Position numbers and translations under genes: made by a program
Shown: positions 50,066 to 62,565 of the stretch, in pieces
How the letters are laid out: every line of letters starts with the position of its first letter
Position numbering within the stretch: the stretch's first letter is position 1
The notes under the pieces: generated by a model
Databases searched by the model: none
The model's input: the letters and a program-made list of their open reading frames with translations, nothing else
Told to the model about the DNA's origin: nothing
Assembly (NCBI GenBank): GCA_965205025.1
Contig: CBDBFU010000003.1
Span: 96,001 to 160,000 of the forward strand
Length of the DNA stretch: 64,000 nucleotides
Direction: 5' to 3'
DNA from: Candidatus Poribacteria bacterium
GTDB taxonomy: Bacteria > Poribacteria > WGA-4E > WGA-3G

Positions 50066-50201
50066 CCGCATTTATGGTGTATCAGGTAAATAACAATTCC
50101 CGAATTGTGCATTTCCTCGACGAATACCGTAGGTGTATTTACCATTGATTCACCGTAGGAATTAGTAATGTATAGAAAATATTAATCCACTATAAACGCG
50201 G
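50066..50201 (-). ncRNA. Candidate structured 5' leader RNA of the STAS gene
   Basis: Hand-folded: long stems closing two hairpins (see findings); lies between a consensus promoter and the RBS. Confidence 0.45.
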
Positions 50202-50219
50202 AGATAGTTTAATAGTGTT

Positions 50220-50248
50220 AGTATAACGAATCTATGTAGTTAAGTCAA
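50220..50248 (-). promoter_or_regulatory. sigma70-type promoter
   Basis: Minus strand TTGACT-17 bp-TATACT. Confidence 0.7.
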
Positions 50249-50283
50249 GAATGTACTTATTATTCAGTACGGTAATTAAGTTT

Positions 50284-51741
50284 CTAACGTCCGGAAGATG
50301 GCGATTGTGGCCAGTGAATTCCACGTTGTCCGGATAAGCTGCGATTTGCTGATGGACGGTACTCACCGTCAGGTAGACCGACAAGTTTTCCATCTTCGAT
50401 CCATTTTAAGTCGTTACCGTATATTTCCGCTCTCAGAAGTTCTGTCAATCTATCGAGTATAGCTGCATGTCCGGGTGAGTCAGATAGGTCATTTAATTCT
50501 CTCGGATCCTCTTCTAAATCAAAGAGTTGTCGGTAGTTTCCGGTTCCATAGTAGATCAGCTTATAGCGTCCTTCATGTATCATTCGGGTTGCGGTACCTC
50601 CTTCACCTACTTCTCCGTATAACCATTCGCGTTTATTGTCCCCTACCATTGGGATTCCTTCTACTGTATCAGGTATATCTACTCCAGCGAGATGAAGGAG
50701 TGTTGGCATTACGTCCTGCCATCCAACAAGACGATTATCTACTCTATTGTGTCCTACTCGGTCGTCCCCTGCTTTTCCAACAAGGATCATAGGAACGTTG
50801 GTAGAATCTTCATAATAGAGTCGTTTTGCCCACATTTTGTGATTACCCAACATATCACCGTGGTCAGAAGTAAAGAGTATAATAGTGTCGTTTAAGAGTC
50901 CTTCTTCGCGGAGTGTTCCAATAACGAGACGTAATTGATGGTCAATGTGAGTGCAAAGTGCATAAAATGCTTGACGTGCCGAACGAATTAGGTCTTCATT
51001 ATAGAGTGAATCTTGCCTTTGTCGTGATTTTAATGGCAAAGGTAAATTATCGAATTCTTTAGACCATTCACCGTGATATGGCATTTCTACATCAACATTT
51101 CGATACATATCCATGTAGCATTGGAGTGGTGCTAATGGTGGATGTGGATGACAGTAGGATAGATACCAAAAACTGGGACGAGTAGGGTCCCGCCGTTTTA
51201 TATAACGCACCATCTGCTGTGTGCTCCAGTTGGTGACGTGACAATCCTCCGGTAGGTGCCAAGGACGGTTGAGATAATCGTTATTACACATGCCGTGTGC
51301 GAATTGTTGTCCGGCATAACCTTTATCTCCGAGAAAGAGTTCATAGTCGTCAATCACTCCATATTGAGTTCTACCTTCCTCACCTAACATAACATCATCA
51401 AACCCTATACGGTCACGTTGGGGATAGACATGAAGTTTTCCAACTGCGTATGCTTGATACCCCGCTTCTCGAAAAGTCTGAGCAACTGTTGGTAGTCCAT
51501 TTATTCCTTTTTTATCGTTGAATACCCTGTCTTTGTGTGTTCGCGTTGTTGTTCCAGTCATTAACGTTTTCCTGGCTGGTACACACACGGGACATTCGCT
51601 GTAACCACGTGTGAAACGAGTTCCTGCACGAGCAAGTGAGTCGAGAGTAGGCGTTTGGATTGTTGGATGTCCACTGACACCGAGGAGCGAGTTTGGCCAA
51701 TGGTCGGTTGTAATGAGAAGGACATTCGGATTATCAGACAT
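50284..51741 (-). CDS. Formylglycine-dependent sulfatase
   Basis: PNVLLITTD, CVPAR..LMTG, GKLH, PHPP, FTSDHGDMLG. Confidence 0.93.
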   Translation of the reverse strand: MSDNPNVLLITTDHWPNSLLGVSGHPTIQTPTLDSLARAGTRFTRGYSECPVCVPARKTLMTGTTTRTHKDRVFNDKKGINGLPTVAQTFREAGYQAYAVGKLHVYPQRDRIGFDDVMLGEEGRTQYGVIDDYELFLGDKGYAGQQFAHGMCNNDYLNRPWHLPEDCHVTNWSTQQMVRYIKRRDPTRPSFWYLSYCHPHPPLAPLQCYMDMYRNVDVEMPYHGEWSKEFDNLPLPLKSRQRQDSLYNEDLIRSARQAFYALCTHIDHQLRLVIGTLREEGLLNDTIILFTSDHGDMLGNHKMWAKRLYYEDSTNVPMILVGKAGDDRVGHNRVDNRLVGWQDVMPTLLHLAGVDIPDTVEGIPMVGDNKREWLYGEVGEGGTATRMIHEGRYKLIYYGTGNYRQLFDLEEDPRELNDLSDSPGHAAILDRLTELLRAEIYGNDLKWIEDGKLVGLPDGEYRPSANRSLSGQRGIHWPQSPSSGR

Positions 51742-51851
51742 TGGTGATTTTCCTTCCTGTCGAAACTGTATTGTTATATTTTGCTATCCTATCAGAAGAT
51801 ATGACAATTGACAAGTGAAAATGTGCGATAAGTCTTTACCCAACAAGGTTT

Positions 51852-51880
51852 TTATGACATGCAATCACAACATGTCATAA
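51852..51880. promoter_or_regulatory. Palindromic candidate operator between divergent genes
   Basis: ttatgacatg-N9-catgtcataa perfect 10-bp arms. Confidence 0.45.
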
Positions 51881-52117
51881 TTCAGTGTTTAAAGATTCAT
51901 ATTTTAATGTTGAGATCACTATAAGCAATTTTGGAATCAGTGGCTTAGAGTAATGTTCCCTATCCTTATTAACATCTTTGATCTCACCTTATTCCAGAGA
52001 AGGTAGTTAAATTGTGAAGAAAAACTAAGTATGAGGTCTCATATAAGAATATAGGATGGTTGGTTGAGCAGGTGATAGGAACTCCAGTCTAACAATTTAC
52101 TGATCTTAGGAGGAATT

Positions 52118-52945
52118 ATGACAAAAAAAGAGGGAAGGACTCTTGAAGTAATCATTGGTATTATTGGAGTTCTTGTTGTTGGTATTATACTATTACAAGT
52201 GTTGAAAAAACAAGCAATTGAGACAGATGAAGTACAACGAGTTGTTAAATCGGAAGATCGACGAATTACGAAGTCACCATTTATTAGGCACACATCTGAA
52301 AGAGTTGCGGAGACGATTCCTGAAACCGAACAGGAAAAATTGGATGTAGGATCTGGTGAAGCAGGAATGTCATCAGTACCAGAAAATGTGCCCACAGCTC
52401 AAAGCGAGGATAGTGACATCAAAGAATTTCAAGCGTGGCTCTCATCCATTCTTGAACAGGATAAATCTGTCAAGGAAGTTAAACCTAAAAAAATTGATAT
52501 AGAAGAGAATGGAATGGACTATGCTCAAGAGAAATCCATGATAAAGTCGGTGATAGAACTTCAATGGAGAAACGCCTTTGAAACTTACGATATTGAAGGT
52601 TATATGTCTGCGATTTGGGAAGACGATTTCTTCTATATTAGTGATATGGGAACACCTAATATCATGGATGATGATGTTATATTTCGGGGTGGTCAAGAGG
52701 AACGCCAGGGGGCATTAAGAATCTTCAATAATACTCGTGACATCAAAATGGATATATCTAAAAATGGAGATGTTGAATTTTTGAGTGAGACACTTGCCAT
52801 GGTTGAGTATAATTACGACGTAATATTCACTTTTGAGGAGAATGAAGCTTACCCGTCGGGACGTATGGTTTTTGTTATGGAGCATCGAGAAGAGGGAGGT
52901 TGGCGTATTCTTGAATGGTATGACTTTGCGAATCCGGACCCGTAA
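52118..52945 (+). CDS. Membrane-anchored protein with C-terminal NTF2/SnoaL-like domain
   Basis: N-terminal TM; W..AFETYDIEGYMS ... GWRILEW. Confidence 0.65.
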   Translation: MTKKEGRTLEVIIGIIGVLVVGIILLQVLKKQAIETDEVQRVVKSEDRRITKSPFIRHTSERVAETIPETEQEKLDVGSGEAGMSSVPENVPTAQSEDSDIKEFQAWLSSILEQDKSVKEVKPKKIDIEENGMDYAQEKSMIKSVIELQWRNAFETYDIEGYMSAIWEDDFFYISDMGTPNIMDDDVIFRGGQEERQGALRIFNNTRDIKMDISKNGDVEFLSETLAMVEYNYDVIFTFEENEAYPSGRMVFVMEHREEGGWRILEWYDFANPDP

Positions 52946-53371
52946 ATTTGCTTTATCTATCAAAGTACTATGTCATAATCTGTTATTTCTAATTTCTTGG
53001 TGCAGGTACGTACTTCCGTAAGCTGTTTACAATATAATTATGGTCTTAATAACATCTGGATTAAAATTTGGATATGTCGATTGTGTCTCATAGCTGTTCC
53101 TTCAAATAGGTTCGGTAAGTTTTAAACATACGATAGGTTGATGTCAATTTTTTGTTTTTACTCATGACTGTATTGATGTATAATATACTATATATACGGT
53201 GTAAATCTCGTTTTATAATATACTTAGACCTACTTTAGAGGTGCGTGAAAAGTTAATTATGGTGTTATTTGACCCATATTTATAATATTTACCCGTAAAA
53301 TGACAACTTGTGCACTATTGTATTTTACAAGTGCTTACGATAAGTACTTCAAAAAAGTTAGAATAATGTAG

Positions 53372-55579
<2,208 letters not shown>

Positions 55580-55591
55580 TATCATAATGTA

Positions 55592-55629
55592 GGGCAATGA
55601 GAAGGTGAATTTCTCTTTCTCGTTGCCTT
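55592..55629 (+). terminator. Probable katG terminator hairpin
   Basis: gggcaatgagaa...ttctcgttgcct. Confidence 0.5.
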
Positions 55630-55734
55630 CATCATTTAACTTTTCCTATTAAATTAATGTGAGTTATGAATAAGCGAAATTAGGTATGGGTTTGTATGGT
55701 AGATTCGGGGAATCCACCAAATCAAGGCTTAAGT

Positions 55735-56865
55735 TTATATTTTCATTACAGCAGTATTTGTCAGATAAGGGGATTGAAACTGCGTTATCTCACCTGCCCT
55801 GCGTCCGGGAACTGGGAACAAACGGACAGACAAAGGCTTATTTAATTGTATTGATAGAGTTGCTACGTCGATCAAAATAGCAGTAATTTGGGATATGGAA
55901 GCATCACCTGGAATGGGTATAGTATCAAGACCCGTCCCACAGACAGTCGAATAGAGTAAAAGACTGTCTAAATTGAAGTAACCTTCTTCACTGCGTTTAC
56001 CCAATCCAACATCTTCAAGGACAGGGAGCATTAATCCTGAGTATCCGCATAGTGGAAGTGATAGGGCACGTAATGTACGTGTTATACCTGCTGCAACTGT
56101 CAGAGTACCCCTTTCACCGAAATGCCCCGGAAGTTGTTTTTCCATAGCATAAGCAATGCTGTCTTCACCCATTGGTGCAGGTGAAACGTCAATACCCACA
56201 AACTTTATTCCCCACTCTTGTGCTAACTCTTCAGCAAGTTCTACTATTTTTCCCCCTTCCGCTTCAATAATACTCTTCATATTAATTAATGCTTCTTGCA
56301 AATTGGTAGCATCTTTGAATGCTTGTTGTACAAGGTTTGATGCTTGCCAACCAATTCCAAAGTTTGTTCTTGTATCTTGCCAGTATGCTGCAGGAAAGAA
56401 GGGTGTATTAGGTGGACAGTTCATTAAAGCTGCAAATCGTAGGTTGCCGTAACCTGCATCGGTTTGGTGTGCAATCTGATGTATGATATTGGCAGTATTT
56501 TCGGCGATTTTTGTACTAATATATCCGGCTTGAGTGGTAAGGGTAACGGTAGTAAAGAGTATTTCACTCTGAACAATTACATCTACGACACGTGAAAGAT
56601 TACTCGCTGTGAAACGGTTTTCGGGTAGGATTGTACCTAAATTGACGAAATCTATCCCTAATGCTTTTGCTTCAGATTCTAATGTAAGAATAGAATCTAA
56701 TTGTCGGGCATCATTCCATGTTTGACTACTTACCCGTGTAGTTTGTACTTCGTAACCGTTGTCTGAAAAACATGTATGACATGCAGTGTTAAATTCTGCA
56801 GCACGTTGAAGTTGGTATGGAGAATATGGGAACGGAATGCCTGTAGTAATAGTCCGAATTATCAT
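55735..56865 (-). CDS. DUF711 family protein
   Basis: IRTIT, TPFFPAAY, GIDVSPAP, GYSGLMLPVLED, VCGTGLDT.P, KPLSVRL. Confidence 0.85.
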   Translation of the reverse strand: MIIRTITTGIPFPYSPYQLQRAAEFNTACHTCFSDNGYEVQTTRVSSQTWNDARQLDSILTLESEAKALGIDFVNLGTILPENRFTASNLSRVVDVIVQSEILFTTVTLTTQAGYISTKIAENTANIIHQIAHQTDAGYGNLRFAALMNCPPNTPFFPAAYWQDTRTNFGIGWQASNLVQQAFKDATNLQEALINMKSIIEAEGGKIVELAEELAQEWGIKFVGIDVSPAPMGEDSIAYAMEKQLPGHFGERGTLTVAAGITRTLRALSLPLCGYSGLMLPVLEDVGLGKRSEEGYFNLDSLLLYSTVCGTGLDTIPIPGDASISQITAILIDVATLSIQLNKPLSVRLFPVPGRRAGEITQFQSPYLTNTAVMKI

Positions 56866-56944
56866 ATTTATTTAGAATACATCTTATATAGTCTTGTAAG
56901 TTTCTCATTTTTAGATATTGAATAGTAAGTAAAACCTTAATAAA

Positions 56945-57919
56945 TTACATTTCATCTTCTCCAAAAAGTCCAAGATTTCGATATCGTTTACATCGTTGAT
57001 GTATGAGTTGTTTCTCAGTCATCTGCATCAATTCTGTTAGGTGTTTCCGCATCGCACGCTTAACATTCTTGGCTGCCGTTTCAGGATCTCTATGCGCTCC
57101 TCCGAGAGGTTCACGTATCACTTGATCAATGACACCTACTTTTAATAGATCAGGGGCTGTGGGTTTATAGCCTTCAGTTGCTTCGGGGGCATGTTCGCCT
57201 TTATCTTTCCATACAATACCGCTACATGCTTCAGGTGGAGCAACACAATAGATGGCATATTCCATCATTAACACGCGATTTCCAACTGCAATTGCTAAGG
57301 CGCCACCGCTACCACCTTCGCCAATAATAACGACAAGAATTGGGACACGCATCTGTATCATTTCGGCAAGGTTTTCTGCAATCGCGGTTGCTTGTCCATA
57401 TTCTTCGGATCGGAGATCAAAATGAGCCCCAGGTGTATCAACAAAACAGATTAATGGACGGTTAAATTTGTTTGCTAACTGCATCAGACGTCTCGCTTTT
57501 CTATAACCTTCTGGGTGGGTATACCCAAAGTTCATTTCTTGTCGTTCAACAAGATTTGTTCCTTTCTGCTGTGCGAGGTAGACGACAGGTTGCTCCTCAA
57601 ACCATGCGAATCCTCCAATAAGTGCTCGATCATCTCCGTATAACTTATCGCTCCGTAGTTCTACGGGTTCATCAAGAAGTGCATCAATATATATAGAGGC
57701 TTGTGGACGTTGAGGATGCCGTGCTAATCTAACCTTATCCCATCGACTTAATTTTTGAAAAGTTTTTCTTGTCAGTGTTTCGGCATTTTGTTTCAGTGCA
57801 GTAAAACCTTCTGTAAGATCTAACTCTGGGTGTGCTTCTCTGAAAGTGTCTAATTGTGTAAGGTGCCGTTCTAATTCAATTAGTGGTTTTTCAAAATCTA
57901 ATTCTGTTGAATTCATCAA
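56945..57919 (-). CDS. accA: Acetyl-CoA carboxylase carboxyltransferase alpha
   Basis: LDFEKP, ARHPQRP, PEGYRKA.RL, DTPGA, GEGGSGGALA, EPLGGAH. Confidence 0.95.
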   Translation of the reverse strand: MMNSTELDFEKPLIELERHLTQLDTFREAHPELDLTEGFTALKQNAETLTRKTFQKLSRWDKVRLARHPQRPQASIYIDALLDEPVELRSDKLYGDDRALIGGFAWFEEQPVVYLAQQKGTNLVERQEMNFGYTHPEGYRKARRLMQLANKFNRPLICFVDTPGAHFDLRSEEYGQATAIAENLAEMIQMRVPILVVIIGEGGSGGALAIAVGNRVLMMEYAIYCVAPPEACSGIVWKDKGEHAPEATEGYKPTAPDLLKVGVIDQVIREPLGGAHRDPETAAKNVKRAMRKHLTELMQMTEKQLIHQRCKRYRNLGLFGEDEM

Positions 57920-57929
57920 TTAGTTCCTC

Positions 57930-59135
57930 TCAAATATCCTTAGTGAACTGTTTTCCCGGTAACTGTTGAATAATTCCTTTGAGTTCTAACATTAAGAGAA
58001 CACTTGACACCTGATTAATCGGCAATTGGGTAGTCCGAACGATTGTATCAATATGTGATGATGGTACTTCAATTGCATTAAATACAGACTTCTCCTCATC
58101 GGTTAAATCTGGAGGTGGAATGGAAGGATTAAATTCTTTCTTCTCAATAGCAAGACTTTTTTTGTTTTCTCCGCTCTTTGCCATAGTCGAGGATGTTGCG
58201 ATTTCTGGGTTGTTCTCAATACGCAAGTTGGGTGAAGCGGTAGGAATTTGATTTATGAGATGGTGTGGAAGTGCTTCTAATAAATCGTCTACAGTACTGA
58301 TAAGTTTAGCACCATTATCAATTAACTTATGAGTTCCTGTTGATAGTTCAGAGAAAATTTCACCTGGAACGGCGAAGACTTCTCTTCCTTGTTCGGAAGC
58401 AAGACGTGCTGTAATCAAGGCACCACTACGATTTGAGGCTTCAACTACGACAGTTCCAAGTGTTAAACCACTTATAATACGGTTTCGCCTTGGGAAGTTT
58501 TCAGATCTCGGTTTCATACCCATCGGGAATTCTGAGATAACAGCCCCAGATTCTATAATCTTCTCTTCCATTTCACTATTTCCTGAAGGATAAGTTAAAC
58601 TTAGACCGTTTCCCATTACAGCTAATGTTCTCCCATTTGCCTCAAGAGCACCTCTGTGCGCACATGTATCTATTCCTTTGGCAAAACCGCTGGTAATCGT
58701 AATTCCACGTTGTGCAAGTTGATATGCTAATTGATAACTAACGCGTCGTCCATAGTCTTTCGCTTCTCGTGAACCTACGAGGGCGATACTAAATGCGTCT
58801 TCCGGTATCAGTTCCCCTCTAACATACAGTAGTAAAGGAGGGGAGTCTACCTCCTTTAACAATGTAGGATATTCCTCGTCATATAGAGTGATAACTTGGC
58901 ACCCATATTCTTCAATCAACTGCAATTCCCGTTCTAATGGAGATCCGAGTTTTTTATTAGCTAAACTTTTTCGTATAGATGGTGTCAGTTCGTCGATTCT
59001 GTCTAATTCTTGGGGTGTTGCGTTTAGTACTGCTTCAGTACTCCCTAAAGTCTTGACTAAAAAGGGAACTGTTTTTGATCCGACACCTTGAATGAGGTTG
59101 AGATGGATAAGATTCGTTGTTTCTGGTGATAACAT
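57930..59135 (-). CDS. dprA: DNA processing protein DprA
   Basis: PLLLYVRG, ALVGSR, SGFAKGID..AH, FPRRNRIISG, GREVFAVPG, C-terminal winged helix. Confidence 0.96.
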   Translation of the reverse strand: MLSPETTNLIHLNLIQGVGSKTVPFLVKTLGSTEAVLNATPQELDRIDELTPSIRKSLANKKLGSPLERELQLIEEYGCQVITLYDEEYPTLLKEVDSPPLLLYVRGELIPEDAFSIALVGSREAKDYGRRVSYQLAYQLAQRGITITSGFAKGIDTCAHRGALEANGRTLAVMGNGLSLTYPSGNSEMEEKIIESGAVISEFPMGMKPRSENFPRRNRIISGLTLGTVVVEASNRSGALITARLASEQGREVFAVPGEIFSELSTGTHKLIDNGAKLISTVDDLLEALPHHLINQIPTASPNLRIENNPEIATSSTMAKSGENKKSLAIEKKEFNPSIPPPDLTDEEKSVFNAIEVPSSHIDTIVRTTQLPINQVSSVLLMLELKGIIQQLPGKQFTKDI

Positions 59136-59202
59136 CGGCTAAAGATGAACCTTCTTTCCAGATTTACTGCATTGATTGATATCAAATACGGTCAGCATTA
59201 CC

Positions 59203-59790
59203 TTATTGCATAGGTTTAGCATCAGCAGTTGGTGTTGGAAGTGCGTAATAGAGTTCTATTTCCTGAATCTTTCTAAACTCAGCTGAAGTAGGAGCCCCAG
59301 TTTCAGATCTTTTGTAGCGACTTTGACCTCCGATCCGGCGTGAATCCCATCTACGTGGTACTTTTAAACGGAATTTCTTTGTTAGGATTGGTTCCTGAAG
59401 AGTAGTCTTATATTCTATACGAAAATTGTCTTTCACCTCTTTAACAGTTATCCACTTACCATTGTCATCCATATATTGGATCTCGAAGAACTCCAGTTGT
59501 CCTTCTTTTGCCTTAATGATAATGTGTTGTATTGTTTGAGGAATATTCCAACTTAAGATTGCCTCAGTAAAATTATCTGATTCTTGTTGTGAAGCAACAT
59601 CCCTTGCATCTTCACGTATAGTAGTCGTCTCACCTTCAGTATAAATATTGTCATCATGAAATTTTGAGTCTGAGCTTGCAGCTGAAATTGCGATGTTTTG
59701 ACTCCAGTTTTGTGCCGGGTTTGATGCGAGAATACAACCAGACAATCCGATTATCCAGCATAGAATTACTATTAAGAAACTAAACCGCAT
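59203..59790 (-). CDS. Hypothetical lipoprotein (galactose-binding/discoidin-like fold)
   Basis: Lipobox LSGC; WSQNIA ... KIQEIELY. Confidence 0.65.
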   Translation of the reverse strand: MRFSFLIVILCWIIGLSGCILASNPAQNWSQNIAISAASSDSKFHDDNIYTEGETTTIREDARDVASQQESDNFTEAILSWNIPQTIQHIIIKAKEGQLEFFEIQYMDDNGKWITVKEVKDNFRIEYKTTLQEPILTKKFRLKVPRRWDSRRIGGQSRYKRSETGAPTSAEFRKIQEIELYYALPTPTADAKPMQ

Positions 59791-59828
59791 TGATTACCTC
59801 CTAATAATTGTGATAAATGTACCGGATG

Positions 59829-60470
59829 TTATTCTAAATTGAGCAGTTCATCAAGTTCTTTTTCACGACTTTCAGCAGCTGTACTTTCTTTTGTTTGTTC
59901 CGCTGTCTTATAGCCGTATAATTCAATTTCTCGTATTTTTGCTTGTGCACGGCGATTTTGACCATACTGTCTGAAACCACCTGTTCGAGCTCTTTGGGCT
60001 CGACTAAGACCAGCATCATCTGTAGTTGATAAAATGCGTACACGAATTTGTTTTGTGGGAAACGGAACTAAGACTGGGATTTCAATTGGATTTGTCTTGA
60101 CACTTTTCACGTCTTTAATCAATTTCCAGTCTGTCTCTTTAATAATCCCACCTTTATCAGCAAAAATGTCAAACGTCTTGATGTTTTCTGAGTGAATAAC
60201 AATACGACGGATGATTTTTTCTTCGGGTAGTGTAATGATAACTTCAGAAGCAGGATTTGAACCAAAATTAGTGTTTGCACCTACAGGGAAGGTCGATTCA
60301 CCAATAGTGTTCATATTTCCATCAATCATTTGGGGACTTGATGCATTTGTGCCTTCAAGAAGAGCGTAATTTTCACTCCATTCTTGTTCAGATAGCAAGA
60401 CACTACATCCGGATATGACAATTACAGAGATGCAAGTTATAGAAAAATGTGTAATGGTTTTCATAAACAT
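59829..60470 (-). CDS. Hypothetical lipoprotein (galactose-binding/discoidin-like fold)
   Basis: Lipobox ISGC; WSENYA, MIDGN..T, KIREIELYG. Confidence 0.65.
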   Translation of the reverse strand: MFMKTITHFSITCISVIVISGCSVLLSEQEWSENYALLEGTNASSPQMIDGNMNTIGESTFPVGANTNFGSNPASEVIITLPEEKIIRRIVIHSENIKTFDIFADKGGIIKETDWKLIKDVKSVKTNPIEIPVLVPFPTKQIRVRILSTTDDAGLSRAQRARTGGFRQYGQNRRAQAKIREIELYGYKTAEQTKESTAAESREKELDELLNLE

Positions 60471-60537
60471 CAGATTAACTCCTTAGCATAATGTTGATTT
60501 ACTATACCACGAACAATATATAGTTGTCATGTACTGG

Positions 60538-61983
60538 TTAAGAAATGATTTTCCAAGTTGATCCTTCTTTGGAGTCTTGGATTTCAATATTTAGTTCTTT
60601 GAGTCGATCACGAATCATATCAGATGTATCCCAATCCTTACGGTTACGGGCGTCTTGTCGAATATCTAAAAGCAGGTTTAGTACTGGATTAAGATATGCA
60701 TCCGTTTTTCCAGTATCTTGTTCGTTAGTTGTATAGATTCCGAGGACTTCACATATCTCAATTAGTGTCTTGTAAGCCCGTGTGTAAATATGTTTGGATA
60801 CTCCGTTATTTGCGGTAATTGATTTATTGATTGTGTTGACGAGTGTGAAAATAGATCCTACTGCTTGGGCTGTATTGAAATCATTATCCATCGCATGTAT
60901 AAAATCGGTCCGCATTGTTTCTATCGCTGACACCAAAGAATTGCCAGCCGTTGTCAAATCATCCTGATTTTCTTTGGACTCGTCTATATCACCGGAATAT
61001 TCTTCCAATGTATTTAAGCAATTGTTCAAACGTCTAAGTGCTGATTCAGATGTTTGTAAACTCTCTATACTATAATCAAGTGGATGACGATAATGCGCAG
61101 ATATGAGGAAATGCCTGATAACTTCAGCCGGATATTTATCAAGTGCTTCTCTCAATAAAATAAAGTTCTTTTCGGATTTCCCCATCCGTTTACCATCTAT
61201 TTTAAGAAAAGCAACATGTACCCAATACCGTGCGAATGGAACTCCTGTTGCTAATTCACTTTGTGCTATTTCATTTTCATGGTGAGGGAACAACAGATCT
61301 TCTCCACCAGCGTGTATATCAATAGTTTCGCCGAGATGTTTCATCGCCATACATGAACATTCAATATGCCAACCTGGTCTACCGCGTCCCCATGGACTCT
61401 CCCAATACGGTTCACCAGGTTTCGCAGCTTTCCACATATCGAAATCCCGGGGATCTTCCTTACGGTCATCTACCTCAACGCGAGCCCCTGCCAGTAAATC
61501 TTCAGGTTTTCGGCGTGAGAGTTTGCCATATTCACTAAAGGAATTTACACGATAATATACGCTTCCATCAACTACATAAGCTGCACCTTTGTCAAATAGT
61601 ATTTGGATCAGATCTATCATTTCAGGAATGTGTTCTGTAGCTTTAGGGTGTATATCAGCCGGTTGAATACCGAGTCTTTGTGTATCTTCAAAGTATGCTA
61701 AACCGTTTGTATGAGCAAGTTCACATGCACTAATACCAAGTGTGTGGGCACGATCAATTATTTTATCATCAATATCAGTTAGATTCTGTACTAATTTAAC
61801 TGTATATTCTTTATACGTAAGATATCTTCTGATTATATCGGTAACAAGAGCTGTCCGGGCATTTCCAATGTGAATATAATCATAGACTGTAGGTCCACAA
61901 CTATACATTGAAACATATCCTTCGATTTGTGGAGTGAATTCCTCAAGTTGCCTGCTCAGAGAATTATATATTTTTAAACCCAT
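60538..61983 (-). CDS. cysS: Cysteine--tRNA ligase
   Basis: CGPTVYD..HIGNAR, GRPGWHIECS, FPHHENE, RMGKS. Confidence 0.97.
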   Translation of the reverse strand: MGLKIYNSLSRQLEEFTPQIEGYVSMYSCGPTVYDYIHIGNARTALVTDIIRRYLTYKEYTVKLVQNLTDIDDKIIDRAHTLGISACELAHTNGLAYFEDTQRLGIQPADIHPKATEHIPEMIDLIQILFDKGAAYVVDGSVYYRVNSFSEYGKLSRRKPEDLLAGARVEVDDRKEDPRDFDMWKAAKPGEPYWESPWGRGRPGWHIECSCMAMKHLGETIDIHAGGEDLLFPHHENEIAQSELATGVPFARYWVHVAFLKIDGKRMGKSEKNFILLREALDKYPAEVIRHFLISAHYRHPLDYSIESLQTSESALRRLNNCLNTLEEYSGDIDESKENQDDLTTAGNSLVSAIETMRTDFIHAMDNDFNTAQAVGSIFTLVNTINKSITANNGVSKHIYTRAYKTLIEICEVLGIYTTNEQDTGKTDAYLNPVLNLLLDIRQDARNRKDWDTSDMIRDRLKELNIEIQDSKEGSTWKIIS

Positions 61984-62047
61984 TCGCTGTTCCTTTACTA
62001 ATGTCCAGGTGATAGGTAATTTTATAAGAATGTATAAGTATCAAGAA

Positions 62048-62521
62048 TTAATATTTTCTGATTGATGCAATTGCTTGAGCTACTATAGCTTTTTCCTCGC
62101 CAACAATTCCTAAACCTTCTGAGGTAGTAGCTTTAACACTCAACTGTGTTTCAGAAATCTCTAAGGTTTTGGCAAGGATGCGACGTATCTGGTGAATATA
62201 TGGTGCTAATTTCGGACGTTGGGCAATTACTGTGCTATCAATATTTTCAATTACATATCCTTGTTCTTTAACTTTCGCATTGATTTTCCGGAGAAAAACT
62301 TGACTGTCCATTCCTCTATATTTTGGGTCTGTATCGGGAAAGTGTGTTCCAATGTCCCCCAAGGCGATTGCCCCCAAAAGTGCATCACAGATAGCATGTG
62401 TTAAAACATCGGCATCTGAATGACCTAATAAACCTAAGTGAAAAGGGATTTCCACACCACCTAAAATCAATTTACGATTTTCTATGAGTCGATGAACGTC
62501 GTAACCGAATCCTATCCTCAT
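62048..62521 (-). CDS. ispF: MEcPP synthase
   Basis: RIGFGYDVH, GHSDADV, GDIGTHFP, KATTSE. Confidence 0.97.
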   Translation of the reverse strand: MRIGFGYDVHRLIENRKLILGGVEIPFHLGLLGHSDADVLTHAICDALLGAIALGDIGTHFPDTDPKYRGMDSQVFLRKINAKVKEQGYVIENIDSTVIAQRPKLAPYIHQIRRILAKTLEISETQLSVKATTSEGLGIVGEEKAIVAQAIASIRKY

Positions 62522-62565
62522 CTAATGTATTTCACAATCTATTCTAATAGAAGGTCTATTATATC

